This document shows positions 61,492-64,000 of a stretch of DNA of 64,000 bases, piece by piece. Position numbers and translations under genes: made by a program. This DNA comes from Vermamoeba vermiformis (Eukaryota). The notes beneath the pieces were generated by a model. The model was not told where the DNA came from and searched no databases. It saw nothing but the letters and a program-made list of their open reading frames with translations. Location of the stretch: NCBI GenBank assembly GCA_045837725.1, contig JBEWZL010000244.1:248001-312000 (forward strand). Direction: 5' to 3'. Every line of letters begins with the position of its first letter. The first letter of the stretch is position 1.

Positions 61492-64000
61492 TCAATCAAA
61501 TAGCGCCAAGCTTGCGTGGTCCATTAACAAGGCATACGAATTGATCGCGTACATTTCTCTGTGGCCGTCAGTGAACAACACGCTCTCCCAGCCTCGTTCT
61601 CGAATGTTGTAAATGACATTCCAACCTTCCTCATAGTTCTGAATGTAACGCGCGCCGCTCAAGTCAAACACGTGATACATGTGCTATGATACAGTAAATG
61701 CATTAATTCATGTGAGCGAGTGCAGATGTGTCATCATACCTGGCCGAAATCGTATTGTCGGATGAAAGGTACTGTTTCCAACAGGCGATGAGTGCGCACG
61801 TCATAGTAATGGATGCCACTCTCGCTAAGGTGCACCACTTCATTGTTGTGAATGTACACGCGCAACGAAGGGTCAGTCGTGTCGAAAGTAGCGATGTTGT
61901 TGAATGTTTTGTGATCATACAACGACAGGCCAGTGGTAGTAGCAGCAACGATGAGTGACTCGTTGGCATGCACGTCACGCACCGAGGTATCAGTCAATGC
62001 GGTTTGATCAAGCAAATGCCCTACAGTGGCATCAACGCCATAGTTCCAAATTGCACCCTCTGAAACACGATGATTAGCACGCACAATTTCATCGCTGCAT
62101 TAATGCACGTACCTCGTCCTAACACGATGTTGGTGCCCACCAGCTGTCGTATGTACGTCGGCTCGTAGTGTTTGGATTGCGGGGACATAGCAAACGAGGC
62201 ATCTAAGTGTGCGGCCCCATAGGCTGTGACTTGGCCATTAGTGGTGAATCTCAACAGCGTAAACTTGGCCGTGGCGCCATTGAGCATGGCCACCAGAGGC
62301 AAGTTGACCGGTCCTGAGTCGAGCAACAACGGCTCGGTGAAGTAGTGGCCGCGATAATTTGCTTCAATCACCTGGTCCGTGTGCATGTTATACAGCCACA
62401 CGTCTCGATCACCACCTGTGTACATCCAGTGCTCGTTCATTGCCGCGTTGCACAAGCGGTACGGCACGTCTTTGATGATGCGCACACGATACTTGTGTCT
62501 CTTCCACTTCACATCGAGTCTGTGCATGGAGGTCGTCAGAAGACATGTTACTAGGATGATAGTGCTTACTTGACGCGGCGACTGAACTCTGTTGTTGGCG
62601 AGTCAATGTGCGTGCCAAGTGAGCGCGGGAAATAATTTGTCAGATATTTTGTGCGATTGAAAGCTGTGTCTAGCCCTTTCGAGCTCATTTTCAAGCACAT
62701 GACATCGACTGGCTCGAGGTCTGCAAGAATAATTTCGAATATCTCTATCGGCAGCTGTTCGAACGTGAAAGTTGTGCTGGATCCATCAACGAATTTTTCC
62801 GCGCCGATTTTTTTTCTCTTTGTTCGCGCATAAGCTGCAGTATATTAGATAAGTCTTGTAATTAAATAAGTATTGTTATTACTTTGTTTATACTGATCTA
62901 ATGCTTTGTTGTGAGGGAAGTCATATTGAGCAAATAAATATGAAAATCGATCGCGATACGCGTCGGGTATTGGCGGCAATCTTTGCAACACTTCGAACTC
63001 GTTGTTTTGGACGAGTGTTTGGAACACGAGGTATGACAGCTTGTCATCTGAGCGTGACACGTGTCAGTTAATTCTCACACGAAATCAATGACGTACAGTT
63101 ATAATGCCCGCGCCAGAAAAAGAACTCTGGATATTTGTTGTCCACAATGAAGTATTCAATCATCGCCTTGCCTTCCTTATTTCTGAGAATTCATTAGTGG
63201 GCCGAAGATCCATCAATCAAATGTACGTACTTTTCACAAAGCATCTTTACCACGGTGCTCTTTTTTTGTCCAAGTATAATGTACTTAATATGCACCTTGT
63301 ATTTAAACACGTAGTACAGCAAATTGTTGCCCTGCTCATCATAGACTAACGCAAAAGAATTCATCAATAATCTTTGCATTTGCAGCTCTGTAAGTGGTAC
63401 GTACTTTGGCTGACTTGATTGACGCGACACAACACTGAATTCCACACTGATCGATAGCGATGCGTAATGGCTGCAATGGCTGGGGATGGAAGGCCGTTGT
63501 AGGCAGCCAGATCTAACAGCTCTCTGTCCTTCATAAACCTCAGAATATGCATCTTATTTTCTACAGTGGTCTTATTTGTCATGACCACATAGTACGTCAG
63601 ACTTTCACCTATGAGTTTGGATAAGTTTAAAGATCAACATAGGATCCGAATTCGGATGTACCTTTGTCGGTGAACTTAAGAGACGAATGTTGCCCGACCC
63701 CTAATCGAATCATCTTGATAAATGTTTCAGCGCTATTGATGCATTGCCAGGGATCAAATATGCGCTCTTGAACGAGCTTCACAAGGCCTTTGAAGAATGG
63801 TGTCGTTTCCAAGCGGTTGTAATAGCGATCGGACATTCCATACACTACAACAATATAATGTAATTATTTTTGAGTGCAATTATGACGAGTAAATGAGATT
63901 TACGGATGAATTGGCCCCAAAAAGGCAATTTTTCAACGTCATCGTATTTTTTGTGCTTGCGCTTGAAGTCCTTGATAACCTTCTTCTGATGATTGATCAC
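61492..64000 (-). CDS. Multi-exon protein with an internal F-box and a C-terminal WD40-like propeller (5' end probably outside the window)
   Basis: F-box-like FEQLPIEIFEIILADLEPVDV at about 62700-62765, followed by beta-rich repeats (WMYTGGDRDVWLYN, LSLYD, IHYYDVR). A phase-1 intron at about 62835-62882 joins upstream helical exons. Confidence 0.65.

Overview
This is a gene-dense, intron-rich eukaryotic window with about 30 protein-coding genes. Introns are mostly 40-200 nt GT-AG and intergenic gaps are often under 250 bp. A CudA-family transcription factor points to an amoebozoan host (inference). I saw no rRNA, tRNA, CRISPR array or transposon. Gene models were spliced by eye and family calls come from recalled motifs, not database searches. 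The most interesting region is 53.4-60.5 kb: a COG2907/UfaD-like FAD oxidoreductase and a DUF1365/UfaO-like gene fused to a degenerate cyclopropane-fatty-acyl-synthase-like domain flank an intronless CudA-type transcription factor. This resembles a spliced eukaryotic version of the bacterial furan/modified fatty acid operon. Also notable are a lipid-bridge protein with a BLTP3-like N-terminus and VPS13-like C-terminus, a frameshifted or intronized hybrid histidine kinase, a WWE-BRCT-tandem beta-repeat protein, a recurring intronic 12-bp palindrome (TGACACGTGTCA), a bacterial-type P5C dehydrogenase, meiotic HOP1 and a variant histone H3 with a 3' UUCG hairpin.
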